Below are positions 10,196 through 19,653 of a stretch of 64,000 bases of DNA, piece after piece (position 1 is the first letter of the stretch; each line of letters starts with the position of its first letter). Under the pieces are notes generated by a model. It did not search any database, was not told the origin of the DNA, and worked only from the letters and a program-made list of their open reading frames with translations. The stretch lies in NCBI GenBank assembly GCA_045632305.1, contig JAZQWL010000020.1, positions 677-64,676 of the forward strand. Reading direction: 5' to 3'. A program made the position numbers and the translations under genes. This DNA is from Eubacteriales bacterium. GTDB lineage: Bacteria > Bacillota > Clostridia > Oscillospirales > CAG-272.

Positions 10196-10597
10196 TCAGT
10201 TTGCGATAATCGTGATGGTATCCTGAGCATTGGTACCATCCTTTGCAATCACAAACACCTTTACGGAAACACCTCTTCTTTCAAGTGTAACTACACCGTT
10301 TTCATCAATGGTTACACCCGCAGTCTGAGTATCATAAACAAAATCTACTTCAGTATTTGTAGCATCATCGGGGAAAACTCGATATTGGATCTGGAATTTA
10401 TATTCACCGTTCGCATTGGGTTTTACAACTATGTAATCGCCATGCTGCTCACTGTGCTTCTGTCCTTCATTCGTGATCTCAATGCTTTCAACGTCGACGA
10501 TCTCCTCAAAAACCTTAAACTGCAAGCCGAAAAAGCTTACAAGCGCAATGGAAGCTATGTATATAAGCGCAATAATAATAACTACTGATTTTTTCAT
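10196..10597 (-). CDS. Small membrane-anchored Ig-like (Big_2-type) domain protein
   Basis: N-terminal TM helix, then V-F-P-D-D-A-T-N...VTIDENGVVT...AKDG pattern typical of Big_2 domains. Confidence 0.75.
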   Translation of the reverse strand: MKKSVVIIIALIYIASIALVSFFGLQFKVFEEIVDVESIEITNEGQKHSEQHGDYIVVKPNANGEYKFQIQYRVFPDDATNTEVDFVYDTQTAGVTIDENGVVTLERRGVSVKVFVIAKDGTNAQDTITIIAN

Positions 10598-10599
10598 AA

Positions 10600-12261
10600 T
10601 TATTTCTCCTTATAATAAAGCTTCAACATTGAGAAGAACATACATGTTCTGAAAACAAGCACCGCTGTTGCTACGAAAATGAACTTGGAATAAACGTGTC
10701 CCTCACCCTCAAGAAGAAGGAGGAATACCGCTACCGCCGCAAGGAAGGCAACAATAAACGCAGCCGCAGTAGACTTCATTTCATTGGGGTTGGAAACCGT
10801 GCTTCCTACGCTCGCGTAAAGCTGACTCTGGGGATTCATAAGGTCGAGCTGTGCAGAGTAGAACATGTGGGCAATGAAAATAAATTCTATCGCCAAAATT
10901 ATATGAACTATATCAACAGTTCCAAGTGAAGGAAGTGTCAATTTCAAAATGGGGGCTGTTGCCAAAATCGCGCCTGCGCCGAACACTGTATTCGGTATAA
11001 GCTTCGTAACTACGGGCAACGTATATTTAGAAGGAAGAGTTTTAATAAGATAGCTACTCTGTCCGTCTCTGGAATACAAGCTGGAAATTGCGCAGTTTGA
11101 GTTGAGCGCAATAAGAAGCATAATAAGAATATTGAACGCCACGATCATGTTATCACCCATTTCTCTTGTCTTCATCGCAAGGAAGATCTTATTGAGAAGG
11201 AAGATAAGCATGGGAATGGAAATCAGAATTCCCACGTTTGCAAAAATCGTGTTCGTGTTTTTTACCGTAATAAGGAAGTTGGTAAATATAGAGGAACGAA
11301 CCTTTCCTCTTGCGCGGTTCTTCTTGGGAGCTACGGGCTTCTTTAAGTACTCGAAGGGAGTGGACGCCATCTTGTAGAAGAGAGGACGAACGATAAGAAG
11401 GCCTGCGCCGAGAGTTGCAAGAGTAACACCGGCAAGTACAAGGAATCTTACGGCAGTTCTTCCAATCGGGAAGAAAATATCGAGGTGGTTGATCTCACCG
11501 AGAAGCATACGGGTAAAGTCATAAAGGAAGCTGAAATTCTTCGCGTATGCGCCAAGGAAATCCTGAATCTGCCAATAGATAGTTGACCACGCGGCAACAA
11601 GGTCAATGTTTTCGGGAATAAGCGAAATTCCGAAGAATAATGCCGTCGATGCAGCCGCAACAGTTGCAACAAGTCCCGTCATCTGAATCCACTTGTGCTG
11701 ACGGCAGAAATTCGCGATCCACATAGCGGGAATCGACAAAAGCGCGCCGATCGCCACCGTGAAAAGCGAGATCCAAAGCATACAGAAGAGCATCCACACG
11801 TACGCGCCTGCGCCGTAGCCGTGGGTGATAAAGTATGCAATGAACATAGGAACGAGGAACGAAAGGTTTCTCTTGATTTCAAATATAAAGAATATAATAA
11901 GCTTGGAGAGGTAAACCTGAAGCGAAGGACAAGGAAGTGTCAAAAGCACCGCGTTGTCTCTTGCATAATACATAGACTTTGTAAGTCCTACCGTACAGGA
12001 AACCACCGACAAAGCAAGCATCACGGAGAATATCAAGGATATAACCGTGTCGGGAATAGGTCTTCCCTGGAAGGAGAATAAGCCAAGGAGCTTAGATACA
12101 AGCAGAAATGCAATGCAAAGGCCTGTAACCAAAACGAATTTAACAAGCGATCCGACTGCTGAAAGCAATATGCTGAATAGCTTTGCGTTTTCACCCTTTA
12201 AACGCTTGAAGTTCATCTGTTCCTTGAGCTGCATCATTACAAGGATATACAGACTTTTCAT
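10600..12261 (-). CDS. Polytopic membrane protein, probable ABC exporter permease
   Basis: About 12-14 hydrophobic segments; D-x-x-x-LLTLP and DG-x-x-x-YLIKTLP internal repeats typical of ABC export permeases; 4-bp overlap with the ATPase-fusion gene. Confidence 0.75.
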   Translation of the reverse strand: MKSLYILVMMQLKEQMNFKRLKGENAKLFSILLSAVGSLVKFVLVTGLCIAFLLVSKLLGLFSFQGRPIPDTVISLIFSVMLALSVVSCTVGLTKSMYYARDNAVLLTLPCPSLQVYLSKLIIFFIFEIKRNLSFLVPMFIAYFITHGYGAGAYVWMLFCMLWISLFTVAIGALLSIPAMWIANFCRQHKWIQMTGLVATVAAASTALFFGISLIPENIDLVAAWSTIYWQIQDFLGAYAKNFSFLYDFTRMLLGEINHLDIFFPIGRTAVRFLVLAGVTLATLGAGLLIVRPLFYKMASTPFEYLKKPVAPKKNRARGKVRSSIFTNFLITVKNTNTIFANVGILISIPMLIFLLNKIFLAMKTREMGDNMIVAFNILIMLLIALNSNCAISSLYSRDGQSSYLIKTLPSKYTLPVVTKLIPNTVFGAGAILATAPILKLTLPSLGTVDIVHIILAIEFIFIAHMFYSAQLDLMNPQSQLYASVGSTVSNPNEMKSTAAAFIVAFLAAVAVFLLLLEGEGHVYSKFIFVATAVLVFRTCMFFSMLKLYYKEK

Positions 12262-14525
12262 GCGTTAACCTCCTCGTTTGCCGTCTCTTCTACGAAGGGA
12301 ACGTGTTCATCGTTACCGTCGTAAATAATGCTGAGGTAGAACTTTTCGAGTTCAATTCCCTCTTCATTAAGCTCCTTCATGGACTTGTATGCGCGGAGCT
12401 GGCCCTTCTTGATAATAGCGATCTTATCGCAGAGCTTTTCAACTACGTCGATAATATGTGAGGAGAAGAATACGATATTACCCTTTGCGGCGTGACGCTT
12501 CATGCATTCCTTAACCTCGTGAATACTTGTGGGGTCAAGACCTGTAAGCGGCTCGTCGAGGATCCAGACCTTAGGATTGTGAACAAGAGCGGACATGATC
12601 GTGATCTTCTGCTTCATACCGTGGGAGTATGTCTTCATCTGGTTGTCAATAGCGCCTGTGAGCTGGAATACTTCAACGTATTCATCCATGAAGGCATCTC
12701 TGTCTTCCTTTGTAACTCCGAAGAGGTCTGCTATATAGTTTATGTATTCTCTACCCGTAAGGTTTTCGTAAAGCGCGTAATGGTCGGGAACGAACGCGGT
12801 ATTCATCTTTGCAGCAACGGGCTGCTTTTCAACGTCGAAGCCGCAGATCTCGATGTTACCGGACGTAATAGTCTGAATACCAACCATACTCTTGATGATC
12901 GTGGACTTACCTGCGCCGTTCGGGCCCAAGAAGCCGAAGATCTCACCGCCTTTTACTTCAAAGGAAACGTTATTTACTGAATAGTGCTTGTTGCTTCCGT
13001 ATCTCTTGGAGAAATTGCGAAGAACGAGACGAGGTTCTTCATTGCCTGTAATGGAAGCGGTTTCGGGCTTGCCGCCGAGATATTTCTTCAAATCTTTCTT
13101 CATTCTCTTATAATCCTTTTCTCTCTTACTTCTGTCTTCGTCTGCATCGATTGCAGTGAACAATAAACCGTACAGGAACCATACTCCAACAGAGAGTAAC
13201 AAGTAAACTCCGATGAAGATAAGCTGATATATCGGATAAAATTCCAAATCATAACCGCGGAAATTCAAGGTCACTGTAAAGTCGCGTGTCTTTTCCGCCC
13301 AGAGACCAAGCTTTGAAACAATAAAGTCACTGTTTGTAAAGAAGAAGTCGGAAACCTCGCCTTCTCTCTGCGTAAGATACGCGTTTACAAATACCATCGA
13401 GCTGTAGTAAACTACGAGCGCCGCCAAGGAGTACAGCCACTGCTTAACCTTAGGTCTTTCAAATATTCTGAGCGCCATTACAAGGATCGGCATGCCGAAC
13501 GCGGCGTAGTGGTTAACCCAATAAGAGATACGCTCCGTACCGATAGGGCTGCATTCTGCCAACGCATACGGCATAAGCATCGCGAAGAGCGCGCCGATCA
13601 CGTTGATAAACAAACAGAAATTGAAAAGTCGCTTCATCTTAAAGATGAGACACAAGGGAACGAGGAACATCGCAAGGTTACACAAGTGAAGCGGCCAGTT
13701 TGCGAGGTTCTTGAACTCGTGAAGCTCCCAACGGCCTATGTATACCCACATAAGACCGAGCGTCATGTAAATAAGGATCATTCTCTTGAGATCGTGGGAC
13801 TTGTTTCTGAGAAGCAGGTATCCTACAACGGGAAGAATAATCGAAAAATAAAGAATAATTCTGTGCTCAGGTGTTACGTCGTAAAGCTGAAGCTCGGGAT
13901 TTACAAGTCCGTAGAAAAATGCTTCGGGAACGTAGCAAGGCATGATCGCCAGAACACCGAGGATGAGCGCGTAGAAATAATTTCCAACGTCTCCGATCTT
14001 CTTGGGCACCTCAAACTTCTTCTCCTCAAGAATCTTACTTACGATAATTGAAAGAGCTATACCGATCTCCACAGCCATTATCCAAAGCTTAGTTGTGGAA
14101 AGCGCATACGCCTCGTTGCCAACCGTTGCTATCGCGTACACCTCATAGAAAACGAGTGACGCCACAAACACGGGCAACGCGAAAAGATTCACCATTCTGC
14201 GAAGCGTCTTGTAATCGAAGAACGCGCTGATAACCGTCATGAGTATCGCCGCGTATGAGAACCATACGAGAAGAACTCCGAGGGCAGTCAAGCCGGGACG
14301 CGCCACATCTACGTTAAACGGAGACGTCGGCCCTTTAAGTCCCATCAGGTCATAGATCACGGGCTTCTTTGTAAGATATCTTACAAATGACACCGCAAAC
14401 AATACGACCGCGAGCGCCTTGGTCACGATCGCAGTATTGATCTTGGTTCGACGAAGCAAAAGCACGCCGCCAATCAATACCAATGCGGCGCCTAACGCCG
14501 CAGCCGCGAAAATCAAATTGATCAT
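12258..14525 (-). CDS. YwaF/TMEM164-like integral membrane region fused to a C-terminal ABC ATPase
   Basis: WPLHLCN and downstream NH motifs in the membrane part; GPNGAGKS Walker A, YSHGMKQK signature, ILDEP Walker B, SSH switch. Confidence 0.85.
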   Translation of the reverse strand: MINLIFAAAALGAALVLIGGVLLLRRTKINTAIVTKALAVVLFAVSFVRYLTKKPVIYDLMGLKGPTSPFNVDVARPGLTALGVLLVWFSYAAILMTVISAFFDYKTLRRMVNLFALPVFVASLVFYEVYAIATVGNEAYALSTTKLWIMAVEIGIALSIIVSKILEEKKFEVPKKIGDVGNYFYALILGVLAIMPCYVPEAFFYGLVNPELQLYDVTPEHRIILYFSIILPVVGYLLLRNKSHDLKRMILIYMTLGLMWVYIGRWELHEFKNLANWPLHLCNLAMFLVPLCLIFKMKRLFNFCLFINVIGALFAMLMPYALAECSPIGTERISYWVNHYAAFGMPILVMALRIFERPKVKQWLYSLAALVVYYSSMVFVNAYLTQREGEVSDFFFTNSDFIVSKLGLWAEKTRDFTVTLNFRGYDLEFYPIYQLIFIGVYLLLSVGVWFLYGLLFTAIDADEDRSKREKDYKRMKKDLKKYLGGKPETASITGNEEPRLVLRNFSKRYGSNKHYSVNNVSFEVKGGEIFGFLGPNGAGKSTIIKSMVGIQTITSGNIEICGFDVEKQPVAAKMNTAFVPDHYALYENLTGREYINYIADLFGVTKEDRDAFMDEYVEVFQLTGAIDNQMKTYSHGMKQKITIMSALVHNPKVWILDEPLTGLDPTSIHEVKECMKRHAAKGNIVFFSSHIIDVVEKLCDKIAIIKKGQLRAYKSMKELNEEGIELEKFYLSIIYDGNDEHVPFVEETANEEVNA

Positions 14526-14580
14526 AAAGAATAAACCTCACCATCTTGAGTTTTAAGAAATTGTACGTGTTGCCTGATTG

Positions 14581-14640
14581 CAATATAATTTCATTATATT
14601 GTTCTCCGATCATTATACCATAAAATCACATATAAGTCAA
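14581..14640 (-). promoter_or_regulatory. SigA promoter with downstream palindromic operator
   Basis: Minus strand TTGACT-17bp-TATAAT with extended TG (14640-14612); perfect inverted repeat CAATATAAT-ttc-ATTATATTG at 14581-14601. Confidence 0.75.
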
Positions 14641-14910
14641 CGCCCGTCGCCTTCTTTCGACGCCATCGCCAAAATTCGACCTTTCATTTTGCAAGTTTTT
14701 TGGTGAAAATGACGATAAATTTTTGCGGTTTTTTGAGCTTTATTAATTGATTTTTAAGATTTGACGGAAGTTTTAACGAAATTGTTAAAATTCCTCATTT
14801 TGTTCACATATTATATTATATATTTTAATGAAGCAAATCTGCGCCCACCGTCAGACGAAGAGAAAAAAACACCCCCAACGCCATCGCGTTTGCCGTGGTT
14901 TATTAAGCAA

Positions 14911-16416
14911 TTATCCCTGTGCCTCGTCCTCAAGGTCGGAGGTGGGAGCTTCTGTTTCTACTTCGTTGTTGTTATTATTACCAAAATCGGGAAGTGTAAT
15001 TGCACTGCCTGCAGAGACAGTCTTATAGCCACAGTCGAATCTTACTGTTTCACACTTGTCAAATACAACCTTGCCGCTCTTGTTGAGAATAATGCAATTC
15101 ATATCGCCGTTTTCGTCTTCTTCAAATACAACAGCGTATCCGTCGGAGAAGAATGCGCCGCCCTCGTCGTAATCAAGAGCGATCACTTCCTTACCGTTCT
15201 TGTCGATAAAGCCGTAATACTGATCATCCATAACGCATGCAAAGTCAGCGGGATAGAAGCTTTCAGCATCATAATACTCGAAGTCGATAACGAGCTCGCC
15301 CTTAGTATCCATGTATCCGAACTTGCCAACCTTGTTGTCGCGTCTGATCTCCTGAACGAGGATAAGACCGTTATTGTAGGGAGCGCAGGGCTTACAATCC
15401 TCAAATTCAAAGATCTCCTCACCCTTCTTATCGATAACTATGTAATCATCGCGGTCCTCAACGATAGCTCTGCCATCTGCATAGTCAGCAAACACCTTAT
15501 CAAAATCAGCGTCTACTACAACCTTACCCTTTGTATTGATAACGCCCCACTTGTCATCCTCCTTGTAGAATGCAAGGCCGTCATCCTCAGAGAAAGGACG
15601 GATCGCCTGATAACCGAGCTTAATTACAACGTCACCCTTTGTATTGATAACGCCAAATTCGCCTTCCTTGTTGCAAACGATGGAAAGATTGAACTCATCG
15701 AACGCTTCTGCAGAAGCGTATCTGGGCTTAACTGTCCATTCGCCCTTCTTGTTGAGAACGCCCCAAACACCGTCGTCCTTTGCAACTGTGCTGCCGTTCT
15801 TTGCGGGAAGCTTGATATCTTCATACTTTACAGGGAAAACAAGCTCACCCTTGCTGTCGATCACACCGAAAAGGATTCTGCCTTCCTTATCGTTGTACTT
15901 ACCAACGACAGCAAGACCCTCTTCATTGAACTGACCGATGGACGCATACTTGAATTCAATTACGGTCTCGCCATTCTTATCGATAGCGCCAACCTCATTC
16001 TTATCGTTCATTACAACTGCAAGTCCGTTATCATAGAAGCCGGTACCCGCAATGTACTTGTCCTTGATCTCAAATTCGCCCTTCTTATTGATATAACCGT
16101 ATGTCTTGCCGTCCTTGGATGCCAAAGCAAGACCGTTTTCAGCGAATGCATACGCCTCGGCATACTTTGCGCTGATCACCTTTTTACCCTTCTTATTGGC
16201 ATATCCCCATTCCTGACCGTCGAAGAAGCATACGAGGTCCTCATGGAAAAGGTTTACCTCCTCTGTTTTCTTATCGAAAAGCTTAGGAAGAATAACCGCA
16301 AGAAGAATGATAGCAACAACGGCTACAGCGCCGATGATCGCGAACAATAAAGCTTTATTCTTATTGGGATTTTTCTTTTCCGAACCCGGATTTACATTTT
16401 CGAATTCGTTGTTCAT
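14911..16416 (-). CDS. Membrane-anchored WG (KWG)-repeat protein
   Basis: N-terminal TM helix, then many [W/Y/F]G-x-I-[N/D]-x-x-G...F-x-x-G-x-A repeats; acidic tail. Confidence 0.88.
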   Translation of the reverse strand: MNNEFENVNPGSEKKNPNKNKALLFAIIGAVAVVAIILLAVILPKLFDKKTEEVNLFHEDLVCFFDGQEWGYANKKGKKVISAKYAEAYAFAENGLALASKDGKTYGYINKKGEFEIKDKYIAGTGFYDNGLAVVMNDKNEVGAIDKNGETVIEFKYASIGQFNEEGLAVVGKYNDKEGRILFGVIDSKGELVFPVKYEDIKLPAKNGSTVAKDDGVWGVLNKKGEWTVKPRYASAEAFDEFNLSIVCNKEGEFGVINTKGDVVIKLGYQAIRPFSEDDGLAFYKEDDKWGVINTKGKVVVDADFDKVFADYADGRAIVEDRDDYIVIDKKGEEIFEFEDCKPCAPYNNGLILVQEIRRDNKVGKFGYMDTKGELVIDFEYYDAESFYPADFACVMDDQYYGFIDKNGKEVIALDYDEGGAFFSDGYAVVFEEDENGDMNCIILNKSGKVVFDKCETVRFDCGYKTVSAGSAITLPDFGNNNNNEVETEAPTSDLEDEAQG

Positions 16417-16452
16417 AATATATATACCTCCATTGTAATATTATTCAAAACA

Positions 16453-16481
16453 ATTGTATCATAAATTAACCGTTTTGTCAA
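16453..16481 (-). promoter_or_regulatory. SigA-type promoter for WG-repeat gene
   Basis: Minus strand TTGACA-17bp-TACAAT. Confidence 0.65.
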
Positions 16482-16514
16482 TATATTTTCAAATTTTATA
16501 AGGGCTTTCGGGTA

Positions 16515-19034
16515 TTATTCAACCTCGTAACCTGCCTGAATAATTATGCTCTTTATCTGCTCCTCACCGATACCGCCGTCAGTTACAACTATCGCACTTC
16601 CCGCAACGTGGCTTACCGTAGCGGATATAATATTTTCATTTGCCTCAAGGCACTTTTTTACTCTCGCCTCACAATGAGGGCACATCATTCCTGAAACCTT
16701 AATTGTAAATTCCATTTTCTTTTTATCTTCCCTTTCTTTGAAACGTTCTTCTATTTTCGCAGCGTCAACGCCCGATTTTCCGCGCATTATACGAGTCCGA
16801 TCAAGCTTAACGAAATTAAGTCGGAGCGCGTTGCTGACAACGCAGAAGCTCGAAAGACTCATCGCAAGAGCTCCAAACATAGGATTCATACTCCAACCGA
16901 GAAGCGAGACGAATGCCCCTGCCGCAAGAGGAATGCCGATGACGTTATACGCGAACGCCCAAAACAAATTTTCCTTAATGTTTGTAAGGGTTTTTCGACT
17001 CAGACGAATTGCCCTTCCGACATTCTCAACGCCTGAATTTATAAGCACAACGCTCGCCGCGTCAAGCGCGATATGACTGCCCGCTCCAATGGCAACGCCA
17101 ACGTCCGCAACGGTAAGCGCCACCGCATCGTTTATGCCGTCGCCAACCATTATTACTCTGCCGAGCTTTTTCATTTCACGGACGATCTCGCCCTTTTCTG
17201 CCGGCAACACATCGGAAAAAATATAGTCCACGCCGACGCTCTTGCCGACCGCCTCGGCAGTTCTTCTGTTGTCACCCGTGAGCATTACGGTGAAAATTCC
17301 CATGTTGCGAAGCGCCGCAACCCCGTCCTTACTGCTTTGACGAAGCTTATCCGCAACCGCGATAATGCCGAGCGGAGCGCCGTCCAGAGCAAATATCATA
17401 GGGGTTTTTCCCTCGGACGAAAGTCTGTCCGCGGCACACTTCAGATCGTCACTCAAAGCTATACGAGATAAGGCAAATTTAATATTTGAAGCAAACGCGT
17501 CTTTACCCTCGAAAACGCCTTCAACACCGCTTCCCGAAAGCGTCTTGAAGTCCACAATTTCCTTTGCCTCAATACACTTTTCTCTGCAGTAGTCAACCAC
17601 CGCGCGCGCTAACGGATGCTCGCTTTTTGCCTCAAGCGAGAGTGCAAGTGCAAGAAGCTCGGACTCGTCAATTCCGCCCGATGTGACAATATCCGTTACA
17701 GTCGGCTTGCCCTCGGTAAGAGTTCCCGTCTTATCCAGAATCACAATATCCGCCCTGCCCGTATTTTCAAGAGCTGTAGCGTTCTTAAAGAGTATTCCGC
17801 GCTTTGCGCCAACTCCGCTGCCCACCATGATCGCCACGGGAGTCGCAAGCCCCAGCGCGCACGGACAGCTTATAACAAGCACGGAAATTCCCTTAGCAAG
17901 GGATGTGCCAACGTCCATTCCGCTTACAATTAGCCACACAGCCATCGTCACAAGAGAGATCGCTATCACACACGGTACAAACACCGCGGACACCTTGTCC
18001 GCAATTTTGGCTATCGGCGCTTTTGTTGCCGTAGCATCACTTACCATTTTTATTATTCCCGAAAGCACGGTGTCGTCTCCGACGTTCACCGCCTCACATA
18101 CGGTATATCCCGAAACGCTTACGGTCGCGCCGAAAACCGTGTCTCCGACAACCTTGTCCACAGGCAAGCTCTCACCCGTGAGCATGGATTCGTCAACCGA
18201 CGCGCCGCCATGTATGACCTTCGCGTCAGTGGGAATGCTCTCGCCCGCAAAAACGCAGAATCTGTCACCGACCTTTATTTCCCCTGCGGGAATATCAACA
18301 GTGTTTCCGTCAGCATCTATCTTATGCGCGATCTTAGGAGCAAGATTTATAAGCGCCTCGATCGCGCTCGTCGTTCTGCCCTTCGCTCTCGCCTCAAGGG
18401 TTTTTCCGACGGTAATAAGCGCCAGGATCATCGCCGCGGATTCGAAATAAAGCTCTCCGTGAAGTATGTGATGCGCCGTCTCCGTATCCGCAAGAGCCAT
18501 TTTGACAGTCATGCAAGCACTGTAAACAAATGCGGCTCCCGCCCCTAATGAAACGAGCGTATCCATGTTCGGGGATCTGTTGATTATGCCCTTCACTCCG
18601 TTTGTGAAAAACCTTTTATTTATAAGCATTACCGCCAATGTAAGCGCCATCTGTACAAGCGCTATGATAAGCGGATTTTTACTCAAAAATTCAGGCAACG
18701 GAAATCCCCACATTACGTGTCCCATCGATACGTACATAAGGAAAATCAACACAACGCAGGACGAAATAAGCCGTGATATTAAATTTTTCGTTTCCTTCTT
18801 AGCACTGTCCGACGCCACGCTCGGTGACGCTCTTTTCTCGCTCACCTTTGCGCTGTATCCCGCCACCTCAACAGCCGAAATAATAACTGTATCGTCAAGA
18901 TCACTCTCGACCGTCATTGAGTTCGTAAGGAGATTTACAGAGCAGGAGCTGACACCGTCAAGCGAGCCGACCGCACGCTCAACTCTTGCCGAGCAAGCCG
19001 CGCAGGACATGCCTCCAATATCAAATTTTCTCAT
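16515..19034 (-). CDS. copA: Copper-translocating P1B-type ATPase with N- and C-terminal HMA domains
   Basis: GMSCAAC, TGES, CPC, DKTGT, SEHP, GDGIND, YN in TM7, C-terminal GMMCPHC. Confidence 0.93.
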   Translation of the reverse strand: MRKFDIGGMSCAACSARVERAVGSLDGVSSCSVNLLTNSMTVESDLDDTVIISAVEVAGYSAKVSEKRASPSVASDSAKKETKNLISRLISSCVVLIFLMYVSMGHVMWGFPLPEFLSKNPLIIALVQMALTLAVMLINKRFFTNGVKGIINRSPNMDTLVSLGAGAAFVYSACMTVKMALADTETAHHILHGELYFESAAMILALITVGKTLEARAKGRTTSAIEALINLAPKIAHKIDADGNTVDIPAGEIKVGDRFCVFAGESIPTDAKVIHGGASVDESMLTGESLPVDKVVGDTVFGATVSVSGYTVCEAVNVGDDTVLSGIIKMVSDATATKAPIAKIADKVSAVFVPCVIAISLVTMAVWLIVSGMDVGTSLAKGISVLVISCPCALGLATPVAIMVGSGVGAKRGILFKNATALENTGRADIVILDKTGTLTEGKPTVTDIVTSGGIDESELLALALSLEAKSEHPLARAVVDYCREKCIEAKEIVDFKTLSGSGVEGVFEGKDAFASNIKFALSRIALSDDLKCAADRLSSEGKTPMIFALDGAPLGIIAVADKLRQSSKDGVAALRNMGIFTVMLTGDNRRTAEAVGKSVGVDYIFSDVLPAEKGEIVREMKKLGRVIMVGDGINDAVALTVADVGVAIGAGSHIALDAASVVLINSGVENVGRAIRLSRKTLTNIKENLFWAFAYNVIGIPLAAGAFVSLLGWSMNPMFGALAMSLSSFCVVSNALRLNFVKLDRTRIMRGKSGVDAAKIEERFKEREDKKKMEFTIKVSGMMCPHCEARVKKCLEANENIISATVSHVAGSAIVVTDGGIGEEQIKSIIIQAGYEVE

Positions 19035-19101
19035 TTTTCTTCCTTATTTATTTATAATATCTATATATTTATTTTACCCTTAATCGTCGATTTTGTCAAG
19101 G

Positions 19102-19132
19102 AAAAAATCACCTGCGGAAACCCCGCAGGTGA
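19102..19132 (-). terminator. Terminator after gtrA-like gene
   Basis: tcacctgcgg-aaacc-ccgcaggtga with T run on minus strand. Confidence 0.7.
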
Positions 19133-19136
19133 AAAA

Positions 19137-19649
19137 TTACTTTTTATCCTTAAATACGAAAATTTTGCTGAAAACGTAATTACAGATAATTACGATGACT
19201 GCCGCGATCACCTTTGCGGAGATCTCCGCCATATTCCAAGTTCTGCCAAGGAAGGGTACTGCCGTCGAGCCCGAGATGAGCGCGGCGATTCCCATTGCGG
19301 CAAACAAGGTTACAAGATAATCTACAAAAAAGGTGATAACTCTGCCGCCTGCGAATTTTATAAGCTGCGACGAGGTGGAAACCTCGGTCTCTGCCTTTGT
19401 AAACACCCACTTTTTATTAGTAAAAAACGCAAAAAGCACTGCCGCGATCCACTGAATGACCTGCGCCACTGTGTATATCGCGATATATTTTCCGCTCGTT
19501 GTATCGTCGGCATCTACTCCAAATGCAGATTTAAGCACCCACAAAAGCACAAAATAAACGATCCATCCGACAAGCGTTGTCAATACTCCAAAAATGAGAT
19601 ATTTAATTATTTCCTCGTATTTTTTATAAAGCTCCTTGATCTTAGCCAT
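19137..19649 (-). CDS. GtrA-family membrane protein
   Basis: YLIFGVLTT, FAFFTNKKWVF, NYVFSKIFVF motifs. Confidence 0.88.
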   Translation of the reverse strand: MAKIKELYKKYEEIIKYLIFGVLTTLVGWIVYFVLLWVLKSAFGVDADDTTSGKYIAIYTVAQVIQWIAAVLFAFFTNKKWVFTKAETEVSTSSQLIKFAGGRVITFFVDYLVTLFAAMGIAALISGSTAVPFLGRTWNMAEISAKVIAAVIVIICNYVFSKIFVFKDKK

Positions 19650-19653
19650 ATCA

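Noticed and set aside
14761-16350. 529-aa plus-strand ORF
   Set aside because: Antisense shadow of the WG-repeat gene; no motifs or RBS
16515-16720. C-terminal HMA domain of CopA as a novel fusion
   Set aside because: This architecture is common among clostridial copper ATPases
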